NCBI RefSeq assembly: GCF_964204645.1
Contig: NC_134035.1
Span: 5,642,001 to 5,706,000, forward strand
Direction: 5' to 3'
Length of the DNA stretch: 64,000 nt
Origin: Tubulanus polymorphus
Lineage: Eukaryota > Animalia > Nemertea
In this document: in pieces, positions 52,916 to 64,000 of the stretch
How the letters are laid out: every line of letters begins with the position of its first letter
How positions within the stretch are numbered: the first letter of the stretch is position 1
Made by a program: the position numbers and the translations under genes
The notes under the pieces: generated by a model
The model's input: only the letters and a program-made list of their open reading frames with translations
What the model was told of the DNA's origin: nothing
Database searches by the model: none

Positions 52916-53253
52916 AACGTAGCTTTACGGGTGAATCCACCTCTGTCTCCTCTCGCAGTTCCGCGCAAAAAAAACACACGTCTCAGTCGCTTTAGAAGCT
53001 TAGATGACGAGGGCGACGCCTAGTGTCAACTTTCGAGCCTCGATGAACACTGCTGATATGTTAGTGCGCAATACCCGACGACGGTCCCTTTTGAGAGACC
53101 GAAAGATATTTTGAATTGTTAGATGGTTATCTTCAATAGATTCAAATGTTATACACAGTCCAATAGATTTCAGTGTTATGCGGTCGAACCTTTTCCCATA
53201 AAATGGGTTCCTCTTATCCGAAATTAAGCAGATTCTACTGTAGTTGGGTTTTT

Positions 53254-54844
53254 AGCCCACTTGGGACTTTAGTCCCAGCGGGCTATTGCGTTCACTTTTC
53301 GTCCATCGTCTGTCCGTTCGTCCATCCGTCCGTCCGTAGACGGAATCCAGTTATTTTGGGAAGTTTTGAAGACGCTTCAAGGTAATGTCTTGATATTTGG
53401 GTTACACATGTATCTACCCTAGACACATCTTCAGCCCAAAAACTGGCCCTATCAGAATCAAGATGGCCGACTGGCAGCCATTGTTGTTCGTCAAAATCAG
53501 CACTTTTTACACATTTTTGAACTTTTTGAGGGAAATTTTGAAGACGCTTTGATCAATTACCTGAATCTTTCGGATATATGTGAATCCCCCCAGGGCCCAT
53601 CAACATAACAAAAATTGGGTCGGTCGGACTAAAGATGGCCGTCCTATGACCTTTTTAGTGCCCAAGAATGTTAATTTTGGCCCAAATTCTGAGTCCTGTA
53701 GCTTCCTACTGGTTTGCCATTTCTCATTACAATTTGTGATGGGTATTCTTTGGAAAGGGATGTTTTATACCTGAGACAGGTATTTTTCATCAGCCAATTA
53801 TGACGCAATTGGCGGCCATCTTGGTGTCACCAGTACTCATTCGTAAGTGGGAAAAAGTTTTTCCACATTATATTGATACCTAAGCATATTTTGCTACCAC
53901 CATCAATTAGAAAGTTGTAGCTCATAACATGTTCTATGATTGTGGTGAGTTTCAAGGTAATTGGATTTCGTATATGGCCACCAGGGGGCGTTGAATAATA
54001 CAATATCTTAGCATTTCTTTATTATATTCGTACCTATGCATATTTTGTAACCACAATCAATTGGAAAGTTGTAGCTCATGACATCATCTATGATTGTTGC
54101 GAGTTTTCTATATGGTCACCAGGGGGCGTCGAATAGTAGAATAACTTAGTATTTCCTTATTATATTGGTACCTAGGCATGAGGAGAGAATCCCACAATGA
54201 TAATAAAAAGTCCGAAAATGAAACTTCGAGATAGTAGTTTATTTCAACGTTTCGACTATATCCTAATAGTCATCTTCAGGAATAATGATGAAGATGACTA
54301 TTAGGATATAGTCGAAACGTTGAAATAAACTACTATCTTGGAGTTTCATTTTCGGACTTTTTATTATCATTGTGGGATTCTCTCCTCATCGCGTCAACAC
54401 GGATATAGTGTTCTACCAATCGTGGTACCTAGGCATATTTTGTTACCATGATCAATTGCAAAGTTGTAGTTCATGACATGTTCTATGACTGTGGTGAGTT
54501 TCGAGGTCATTGGGTTTTGCCAAAAACTGGCCTTGTAGCTCATGGCATGTTCAATGATTGTGGTGAGATTCAAGGATATTGGGTTTTGAATATGGTCACC
54601 AGGGGGCGTTGAATAGTAGAATGAATGACTTAGTATTTCCATATTAAATTGGTAACGAGGCATATTTTGTTATCACAATCAATTACAAAATCGTAGCTGT
54701 TGACATGTTCTATGATTGTGGTGAGTTTCAAGGTCATTGGTTTTTGTAAATGGTCACCAGGGGGCATTGAATGTTGAAATTGTTAGATTGTTTAGCATTT
54801 TAAACCACTTCCCAAGTGGGCATGGTGTCCCTGGACCCCTAGTT
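53254..54844 (+). mobile_element. Helentron-associated (HINE/DINE-1-like) element with internal tandem core repeats
   Basis: 5' subTIR GCCCACTTGGGA with adjacent inverted copy TCCCAGCGGGC, (TCCG)n microsatellite, about 140-160-bp tandem cores, 3' subTIR TCCCAAGTGGGC, then hairpin GGTGTCC-CT-GGACCCC and CTAGTT. Inserted in a T-run. Confidence 0.8.
54180..54422. mobile_element. Palindromic Penelope-like-derived insertion with hammerhead core and 14-bp TSD, nested in the HINE
   Basis: About 100-bp arms (54178-54277 / 54290-54389). TGGTACCTAGGCAT direct repeat at 54166-54179 and 54423-54436. Minus-strand core CTGAAGA-T-GACTA..TAGTC-GAAA-CGT-T. Confidence 0.75.
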
Positions 54845-55800
54845 GTTTTTATTAAGTATAGCAAAGTTTAGTTAGTTTTATAGATGAATACAGTGAACTA
54901 CAGCACCATAACCTATATTGTATAGTCCAGTGTTGATGTACACCGATTCAACTGACCTTGATTATTGAATATTAATGTGGACACTCCGTTATAAGTTGTG
55001 AAATCCAACATTCATTTCATTTTATATAGCATTTAATTTGTTTGACGTTTTATATTTTTAGTTTGTGAAATACTTTGAAAAATATCAATAAAAGTACGGT
55101 ACATTTTTGTGTTGTATTCTATTCTTTGTTTTTCGTCTAATTTGTAATTCTTAAAAATCTTTCCAAGCTTATCTCAGCGGTTTACAGAATCAGCTCGCAT
55201 CATGGAGACTTGATAATACTCGACTAGTGCATTGTACTTCTCAATCGTTAAAATGTACCCAATGCAGAGCGGCCAATTGTTCCTGATTTTCAGTATTACT
55301 ATTTTATGCTGATTTGATTTGTTTGATGATGCATACCGTAATATGAAAGATGTTACTGAAGCTCTTACCTTTGATTGCTGATTGATTTGAATACTTTCTT
55401 TCATACTTCGATGAAATGTTATTGAAAAAAATGCAATTTGTAACCGATAGCACTTTTCAGAGGTTGGCAGCCCTGCCGACAGTTTGACAGACTGCCCACT
55501 GACATTCACCTGACTATTTTACAATATTTTTATTCAATTTGACCTCAGTCACTTCTTGAAACAGATATTTTTGGCAAAATTCCTTTGTGAACTAATTTAC
55601 TACTCTTTTAACTGATACCGTAAAACAAACCGTGATGACTTTTAACTGATACCGCGCGCTAAACATCTTTTGTATTGAACAACGTTTTAAGGAATAAACT
55701 ATCAATGATAAAATTGATCGATGACGATATTTTTCGTTTATTACGTTGTTGTGTTTTTTTTCCCGTTCTGATCTGATCGTTGCTTTTGCTGCTCTTTCAG

Positions 55801-56453
55801 ATGTGAACTGGATCAGCAGTCTGCAGACGTGGTGTAAGTCTCGACAGCGTCCGTGGAACGCGACTAGCGGCACCGATCCGTCGGTCAGATCGACATCGGT
55901 TCACAACAGCGTGCGTCGCGCGAACTCTGAAATGAGAGGAGCGGTCACGTCTCCGGGCTGGCAGCGCAACGGAGAAAACAACGGAAGCGCCGTCTCTGCG
56001 AAACGCGCGGTGTCGAGAAATGCGGCGAGTCGGATACCGCGGAGGTTTCTTGCGAGCGATAATAACAGACGAAATCATCGTCCGTCTGCTGAGAACGAGG
56101 CGACGGTGACGACGCCACGGCGATTTCAACAATATCATCAACGAACGAATAAGAACGATTCGTCGTCGTCGTCGAGTTCGTACGTGCCGATCGTCATGTA
56201 TCAGTGTAAACAGTGTCCGAAAACGTTCACGATCCTGAACAGCCTGAAGGCGCACGTCAGTCGTAAACACTCGGGGAGGTGTTTCCCGTGCGACATCTGC
56301 GACCGCAAGTTCGATCGACGGTTCCTGCTGAAGGAACACCTGCGCACGCACACTCGCGTGAAGTCGCACGAGTGTCGCGTGTGTCGGAAGAGCTACACGC
56401 GCGCCGTGTATCTGAAAACGCACATGAAAGACGCGCACGGCATCGACTTCTGA
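55801..56453 (+). CDS. Alternative terminal exon B: 3 C2H2 zinc fingers (paralogue of exon A)
   Basis: CTTTCAG|AT phase-1 acceptor. CKQCPKTF..LNSLKAHVSRKHSG, CDIC..HLRTH, CRVC..HMKDAH. Own stop codon. Confidence 0.85.
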
Positions 56454-57306
56454 GATGCGGTGTCGTCGCAGCAACAGGGAATGATAAAAACATTCTCTTC
56501 CTATTAGTTTTATCACGTGTCGTTAAACCCACAGACTCCTCATAGACTTCAGGACTCAATTCCGCAGTGGATGGTTGAATATAACTCTAGTCTATCCGTC
56601 TGTTAAAAATCTAACTGTTTTTTGGTCAAATTTGAGTGTCAGTTTATGTTTAACTGAGAACTATGGAACAGGTATGACTCTGGACTCAGTTCCACAGTTG
56701 TGAATTAAGATTTAACTCAAGAGTTAACTCATTGAAAATTAACTAATTCTAACTCGGAGTTTACTCTAACAACTGTGGAACCGGATCCAGGGTATGAAGG
56801 GTAGTAAGACTCCCGGTTAGCTTCTAACTGGAAACTGTGGAGCCGGATCCTGGCGTTCGAGTATCCGGCAAGCCTCTTAGGTTTTGTGACAACCACCGCA
56901 TGACTTAAAACCTTCTTGAATTTTGTTAAAGGGGTTATTTCAGTTTAGTGACACCTAGAACACGCTTCTAAAACCAAATACCCCATCAACCCCTAAACAC
57001 AGATTCAATGACTTTCTCCACTTAGATGAGTTCGACTATGAAAATCTATATTTCGGTATATGCAATAAACCGTTACCCAGACATGGCCAACTCGGACAAA
57101 AGCAAATCATTTTTCTGACTTCTTAACGTAATTTCCTATCGTTGACCAGGACTGGGACTTCGTTAACCTCGGACTGATTTTGATCGGTCCCAGTTTGTCA
57201 GAGTCAGGTGAGGTTTACTGTACAGGGAACTCGGGAACTCTTATAGATAGAAATTTTGTATTTGAAATCAAATAAACTATATTTATACATCATTGTGTAT
57301 TTTCAG

Positions 57307-58187
57307 GCGCGACCGTGCTACCGAGTTTCATCGAAGCGTTATCAGCGCGAAGATTACCGATACCGTCTCTGGTCAGCCATCATCATCACCAACCACCACT
57401 AGGCGGCGGCACCGACGAACACCGACAACTGCGGTACGAGTCGTCTCAGTTGATGGCAGGCGCGATACGCCGCGCGAGTTTACGAGATTCGCCCGGTCTA
57501 CACAGTCCGAACGAGATGTTCGAATGCCTCGCATGCGGCGAACGGTTTGCGGACGAGGAATCGTACCGCGTACACGGCCGGTTGCACCAACGCAGCGCGG
57601 CGAACAGCGGCAGCAGCAGTCCGGCGTTATCGCTCGAACGGCTGATCACTCGATTCGAATGTCGAATTTGCGAGCGCGTCTTTACGCAAGAGACGCACCT
57701 CGCGGCGCACGTTCTGACGCACGGCGATAACGACGCGTCGCCGTGGCACGCCGAGAATTCCCCGCTCGCCGGAACTCATCAAAAACTAACGGAACTTCTC
57801 ACGACGCCATCTCGAACGGACGGTGAGGCCCCTCGCGGAAACAAGCGCTGTAAAATCGACGCGAAAACGACCGACCCGGAACGACACGCGTCGACGAGTC
57901 CAGCGTCGTCGCGGGTGAAACGTTGTCAACTGTGCGATAAAGTTTTCTATCGTCAATACAGTCTCGATCGACACGTCAAAGATGAACACTCCCACGACTC
58001 ATCCGGATTGTACGATTGTCGTTTGTGCGGTCATAAGTTCGCGCGCGATTACCTACGCGTTCACATGCGTATACACACCGGCGAAAAGCCGCACGAATGC
58101 GCGATATGTAAACGTCGTTTCACGCAGCGTTCGACGATGACGCGACACGTTAAACTAGTCCATCCACAGTCTATCTCTCAATTGTAA
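57307..58187 (+). CDS. Alternative terminal exon C: 5 C2H2 zinc fingers
   Basis: TTTTCAG|GC phase-1 acceptor. Fingers CLAC, CRIC, CQLC, CRLC-(TGEKP)-CAIC. Own stop codon. Confidence 0.85.
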
Positions 58188-58238
58188 TGATACGACGAGA
58201 TAGTTCCTCTCCGAACACCAGTTACTATTCCTGTCAGA

Positions 58239-58634
58239 CAGGGCTGCCAACTAGCTGTTCCCGATTTTCATTATTTCGCTACTATTTCGACCCAAGAGAA
58301 ATACTGGTTTGATTTGTTTGATGCATACAGAAATATGAAAGGTGTTACTGAGGGTCTTACTGTTGATAACCGATTGATTTGAACAGAAATATGAAAGGTG
58401 TTACTGAGGGTCTTACTGTTGATAACCGATTGATTTGAACAGAAATATGAAAGGTGTTACTGAGGTTCTTACTGTTGATTACCGATTGATTTGAACAGAA
58501 ATATGAAAGGTGTTACTGAGGTTCTTACTGTTGATTACTGATTAATTTGAGTATTTTCTTTCATATTTTAATGAAATGTTCTTGTTAAAAATTCAACTGG
58601 TTACTAATAGCACTTTACAGAGGTTGGCAGCCCT
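58239..58634. mobile_element. hAT-like MITE with an internal 56-bp unit amplified 4 times
   Basis: CAGGGCTGCCAAC ... GTTGGCAGCCCT. Period-56 repeat at 58327-58551. A single-unit relative lies at about 55270-55475. Confidence 0.75.
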
Positions 58635-58778
58635 AATGCAGATCCTACACTTGTTTTACTGTATTTATCCATTTAGATTTGTAACTTACGTACCAATGAT
58701 TGAAACAACTAGCTGTGAGTCAGGCCACTGTGGGTTAGAAAGGCTATGATATTCCTGTTGCTGGACTAAATAGCTAAG

Positions 58779-59008
58779 ATAGGTTCAGATATGTGTAGGC
58801 CTCACTGAAATAGGAATGGTTGAGATAGGTGTTGGCCATACTAGAATAGGTTCAGATATGTGTAGGCCTCACTGAAATAGGTTGAGATAGGTGTTGGCCA
58901 CACTAGAATAGGTTCAGATATGTGTTGGCCGCACTAGAATAGGTTCAGATATGTGTAGGCCTCACTGAAATAGGTTGAGATAGGCCTCGTTAGATTAGGT
59001 TGAGATAC
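58779..59008. repeat. Degenerate tandem repeat of about 30 bp
   Basis: ATAGGTTCAGATATGTGTAGGCCTCACTGAA alternates with ATAGGTTGAGATAGGTGTTGGCCACACTAGA. Confidence 0.8.
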
Positions 59009-59701
59009 GTGATTTTTATTATGAGTTGGAAAATCTTACTTCCTCAAAGTCATGGAAAATGTTCCAAGTTGAAACACTGTATACCAGTATAACGAAATTG
59101 GGTGATTTTATCGAATGAATTTTACATTTATTTTTATGTAATAACGATAATCTTATCATAGAAATATTGATAATTCTTTTAGATATCAAATTAATGTAGA
59201 TTGATATCGTGTCGAATTGTGTTCACGAAGTTTGTTTTTAAATTTCTCTAGAACTGGATGATAATAAATATGTTTTTAATGAAACCAAGAAAAGTTCTCT
59301 TTTCAGCTTACTTGGGATGCAGCCCCATTCATCCATCCACCTGTCCTTAGATGAAATTTAGTTTTTTTGGAATTTTTTGACATAGATTGCCTGTTTTTGT
59401 TGAAGGAAATCAGCAGTTTTGCATGATTTTGTCTGTTGCACTAGAGTCGCTAAACTCACGGAATTGTCGCCAGTAAAAATGATTCCTGATATATTTAATT
59501 TTCAACAGTGTTTCTCATTTTGAAGGTTACTGTATTTTGTGTATAAGTATAAGTTTTGCCACAGAAATCTAAAATGAATTCTAGATGTTATACATGTGTA
59601 TGAAAGTATTCATATTATATTTCAGTTGAGTCATTTTCTCAATTTGTACTAGAAATTTGTTTACTTGGTTATTACAATGGTCCAATATTTATCCTAGAAA
59701 T

Positions 59702-62700
59702 TTAATATCTTTTTGATATTTCTTCTAGTTGATGTTCATCGACAGTCGGGTGTATCATGTTGTTTTTAGGTCTGTCGATATCACTGATAGTTTGAGGCAT
59801 CGGTGCACCTCTAGTTTCCGGTAAGGGTAACATCAGTAAAGCAGTTACCAGTCCAATACACCCGAGAATCACGCCTGGCAACCAAGATATAAATTGAGCC
59901 TGAAACAATTCAATCGAAATTTTGAAATGTTTAACAAGTTACAGGATTGAAAATGTACGAGATAAAATCCTACCAAATAAGCGGCGAATGGTGCTGTCAT
60001 CGACCCTACTCGGGCAAACGCTGAAGCAATACCTATAGCACGGTTTCTATAAAATAGATAATACAGTGATTAATTAAGGGAAAACGATTTCTTTTTAAGT
60101 TACTTTAATGAGTAGAATTTCACCTGAAGTTAGTCGGGTAAAGTTCACTGGTATGGATGTAAACGATACCAAATGCTGCGGCGCAGCAGAATTTCCCTGC
60201 GGTATTAAACGTCATAATTAACGGAACCAAATTCGTCCCTCCTGGAAATATACATTTTGAATCTGTAGTTCATGCTTGAACATTATACGGTAGACTTCAA
60301 TCAAGCTGGATCTTTGGGACCGTAAAGATGTGTCCGCCGGGTTGGGTGTTATGTATTTCATATATAGGCCTACTTGAACTAGTGTCGTAAAAATATTTCA
60401 AAAAACATCCGAGTTGAACCCGGTTATCCGCAGCCGAGTCGATCGGATCCGACTTCGACGGAGTCTACTGTATTTTCATAGACAGTATACTAACAATTCA
60501 ACCTAGTATTAAGTGACGCTTTGATATGTGTACAGTTCATCTTTAACAACCAAAGTGCTTATGCACGGTGAGTATCAGTTGAATTATTAATTCCTATCGA
60601 AGTGGTTTTTAGCTGGCTCTGGGCTGTCTTATACGTTCAGATAAGCTTAAAATACGTACCGACACTTTTAGGACAGAACGTCACAGCTATTAGAACTATA
60701 CCGGTTATAGCATAGAGCAACATCAACGATACTCGTCTTCCAATACTGAAAGATTTTTAACATTTATACATCTTACTCTACTACTGGAGGGTGGGCGGGA
60801 AGACTGAGAATATAGATATTTCTACCCCATAAACAATGAATTTGGCCTTAGCTGTCCATCTGCATTTTTGCACTGAAGGCAAGCAAATTTTTGCTTAGAA
60901 ATCGACCTTATGTCGTTGTAAATAAATTTTTCATGGAGTGGAGATATTGCGGTAAGGAATATATGTCGATTGCTTTTTCAGACGCGAAAAAAGGATTTGC
61001 GACGTGGAACTATCGACGGCTGTCGTCGAACGTACCATAGCAGTAGCAGGTGCATCGCTAGGTAACTCGGTAACTCAATTGCAGTGCTCAGAAAATAATT
61101 AGCAAATCGACCTCCGGCCATTACTGTCGTACTCAGTGTCAACCCGTAATAGGTAAGACTCGTAAAAGACCTGCAAAAAGAGAAAAAAAAAACAGATTCG
61201 CTGTAGTAGAGAAAACGAAACCCGTGCGTCACCCACTTGGCCTGAATATTCAGAACACGAGATACGCAAGTTTACACAATGTAAAAGTTTTTGCATAAAA
61301 GGTATGTCTACGTTTGTATCTTGAATGTACTTTGAACCGATACCGATACTTACCAGATAATAGCTTCTAGCATCGTGTATAGACGCAGTTTTGGATGTTT
61401 GAGAATCTGTAAAATTCCAATCGTTTCATTATTCGAGTCTACGCTACCCTTAGAACAGCCGACCATATCGCTGAAAACCAATTTTACCCTGTGCATCCCA
61501 GGGCTCTCATCTGACCAAAAATAGACAATGTTCCTAATTATTCGGGAACAACGAATTAAGAGGAAGGGAACTTATACGATAGTCCACCTTGTTTTTTGGT
61601 GTCTTCAATCATTGAAATGACGGCTGGTGAAAGCGAACGTTTGTTGAATTTCGCTGCTTTTCGCAAAATTCTGATCGCTTCATCGGGTCTGGAATTAGCG
61701 ACGAGCCACGCTACAGATTCATCGTAAAGCCTAGATCACAACGAATAGATTTTATTAGGATTTAGTATTTACAAAAATACATAAAAATACACTATGTATT
61801 TTTGGTGTATTTTTGGTATTTACCATATTCCTACGATCGGGATACAGAAGGTTAATCCTCCAATGATTTGCATATATTTCCAGTGATCGAAGAAGTAACC
61901 GCAAACCCCCGTGACGAGCATTCCTACTGACCAGCTGACCATGTGAAACGCGTTGGGGAATGAACGCTGATCGGTCGGGTACCATTCACATGCCAAAACA
62001 TAACCGCATAAAGAGGTACCCTGAGTTGAAAACGAAAGAGGGAAATATACAGCAAAAAACGAGAATTAATTATGAATTGATTAGAATAAGTAATTTGATA
62101 CCACGGAGAAAGATAAGAATATTTTTAAAGTACTGGGTCTATGATGATGTATAAATATAAAGGATTCCTGCTTATGAATTTTACATAGTAGGTTTCATTC
62201 ATATAATCTTTCTCCACTTCTGAGTGGATACGGCCTGTTATTCCGCTACTGTTCTAATTTGTCAATAGATTATGGAAAGCGTTGTTCAAAGAAGTCCTTC
62301 AAAATCTTCATGGGCTGTTTTCGAGTTATAGGTGCTATAGGGGGTAGTATATCAAATGCAAATGGTTGTCGACTTGGTAAATACGTATTACGCTTATTCC
62401 AAGGAATGTCAATATGCAAGTCAAATAATAACGCCCGCGTAGTTTAATTTATCTTACTTGTAAATATGTATGCATACCATGTTAAATATTCCGCAGAAAA
62501 ACCTCATTACAGCGAAAAATATCGGATCTACAAATATAGCGGATAGGAACATCGTGACAGCGGCCAATACCGAACAGACTATAAGCGGCCTTTTCCTTCC
62601 GAAATAATCCGACCACGGGGGCACCAATAGACTGCCGGTCATAATACCGCCGAAGAATATCGAAAAAATCAAGGCGTTCATGTGACTGGATTCGCAAACC

Positions 62701-63729
62701 CACGAAAACTGAAAAATAGATGAGATGATTTTACGATTTCTCTGGTGATTGGATCATAGAGATTTCTGCTGAGTGACTGACTGACCTGTTCGGTAAGAGT
62801 GTAATAACCGTGTGACTGGTAAGAGTAACCGTTTTGACAGACGACTGTGGTATTATCTGTAATTGACTTGAATTGTCGACACTGATCGAGTTTAATTTCT
62901 CCATCCTCACTAGTTGTATATGGTATCGACTGGTTCACTGTTTGATTCACCGTAGACAGTTTACAACGATGTTCCGGAATCCATCCTACCATATATGAAA
63001 CATTCTTTGGATGGTATCAGAATTTTTGGCAAAGCAATCGGTTCCCTAGACGCGGATCTTACGGAATTCCGTAAAATTTTTAAACTGCCAATGCAACCGG
63101 TTTCCCAGTTTTTATTTGCCCTTGGAAAATCTTGACTATTGGCATGCTAATAAAAACCTCAAAATTGCCAGGAGGCGGAATAGAAAAACCTCAAAATTTG
63201 GGGCTGATTATAACTTCCGTAAGTTCGTCATGTATAGTAATGCTCCGTTAGGAATTGAATTGAAATTCTGAATGAGAAATTTGATAGAAATTCGATGAGT
63301 GAAGTCTCTTTAAACAGCATAAAAATGAATATTCCGGTTTAGTCAGCTGCTATGTTACTCGGTGCAAGCTGTTTCCTTGTAAAAAGTAACTAAAACATTC
63401 TTTTTTCAAAACATTTTTCTTTCCACCATTATCTAGCTTATCAATATATGATTCGTAATCTGTATATCGAACGTAATCACGATGGTTATCGTGTACGCCG
63501 CAATGAACAGACTCTGCGAAGGATGAATTATTGTATAGATTTATGATATAAATATAGCCCAGCTATGATAAAAAAAATTCATGAATTTTTGCTTCGCGGA
63601 TGTACCTTGAAACATCAAACCGACTGAACTGAAAGCCGATGCGAAACTGACGATTTCGATGAGAAATATCTGTAGAAACTGATATCTTCCGTAACGTCCT
63701 AACTCCTTCAAGGCGTCTTCGACTTCCAT
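59702..63729 (-). CDS. SLC22-family organic cation/anion transporter (MFS)
   Basis: Exons 63729-63606, 62985-62786, 62708-62478, 62020-61824, 61730-about 61575, 61470-61354, 61170-61036, 60745-60660, 60241-60124, 60046-59974, 59899-59702. Motifs: LKELGRYGRYQ, PEHRC, WVC, SDYFGRK, DESVAWL, LTYYGL, IELP, IGRR, ELYPT, ARVGS, LPETRG. Confidence 0.92.
60287..60472. mobile_element. Tc1/mariner-type MITE in an SLC22 intron
   Basis: TACGGTAGACTTC ... GGAGTCTACTGTA imperfect TIRs with TA flanks. Confidence 0.5.
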
Positions 63730-64000
63730 CGTGTGTTGCTTGTTCTCTAGTCGCGGGTTCCTCTCCGGAGTCTATAGCCGACTGAGACTAGAGCGAAGGA
63801 ATATCCGGGTCATGTTGACACTAGCAATGTGTACGCAGCCCTAATCGGCGGCTTCTGTATGTAATACTATATCGAGCCTTCGACGTAACAGATTATAGCT
63901 GAAACGTTTCTTTTCAATTGAATTAAAGTGATATATAAGAATTGTGGCACAGGTCGTTTTTGGCCATGTGTAATATGTATTGTAGGACAGAATTATCTGT

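Noticed and set aside
55797-56516. 239-aa antisense ORF, and similar shadow ORFs at 14894-15726, 25823-26274, 31434-32309, 42129-42686 and 52562-52873
   Set aside because: They overlap GC-rich true exons, have no domain-like content, and are expected from codon bias.

Overview
Eukaryotic genomic DNA from an invertebrate animal with motile cilia (AT-rich short GT-AG introns, CpG-rich exons; the taxon is an inference). I reconstructed exon chains by hand, using splice consensus and reading-frame phase, for eight genes. (1) A CNG-channel alpha subunit (+), with a perfect 1509-bp tandem duplication containing one frame-asymmetric exon. (2) FNBP4 (+). (3) DNAAF3 (-). (4) An intronless class-A GPCR nested on the same strand in DNAAF3 intron 2. 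(5) Intronless EFCAB2/DRC8 (+), head-to-head with DNAAF3 with 137 bp between the start codons. (6) A FABP (-) with a duplicated last exon. (7) A C2H2 zinc-finger gene (+) whose common N-terminal exons can splice in frame to any of three alternative terminal zinc-finger exons, a lola/fruitless-like design with no recognisable BTB domain. (8) An SLC22 transporter (-). Non-coding DNA holds a 22-bp satellite, many MITE/foldback elements, a Helentron-type (HINE/DINE-like) element, a LINE 3' fragment and a dispersed family carrying Penelope-type minimal hammerhead-ribozyme cores. The best candidates for an undescribed system are the BTB-less switchable zinc-finger cassette gene, the hammerhead-bearing repeat family, and the poison/decoy-exon plus ratchet site in the FNBP4 WW2 intron. 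No database searches were run; gene names come from recalled family motifs.
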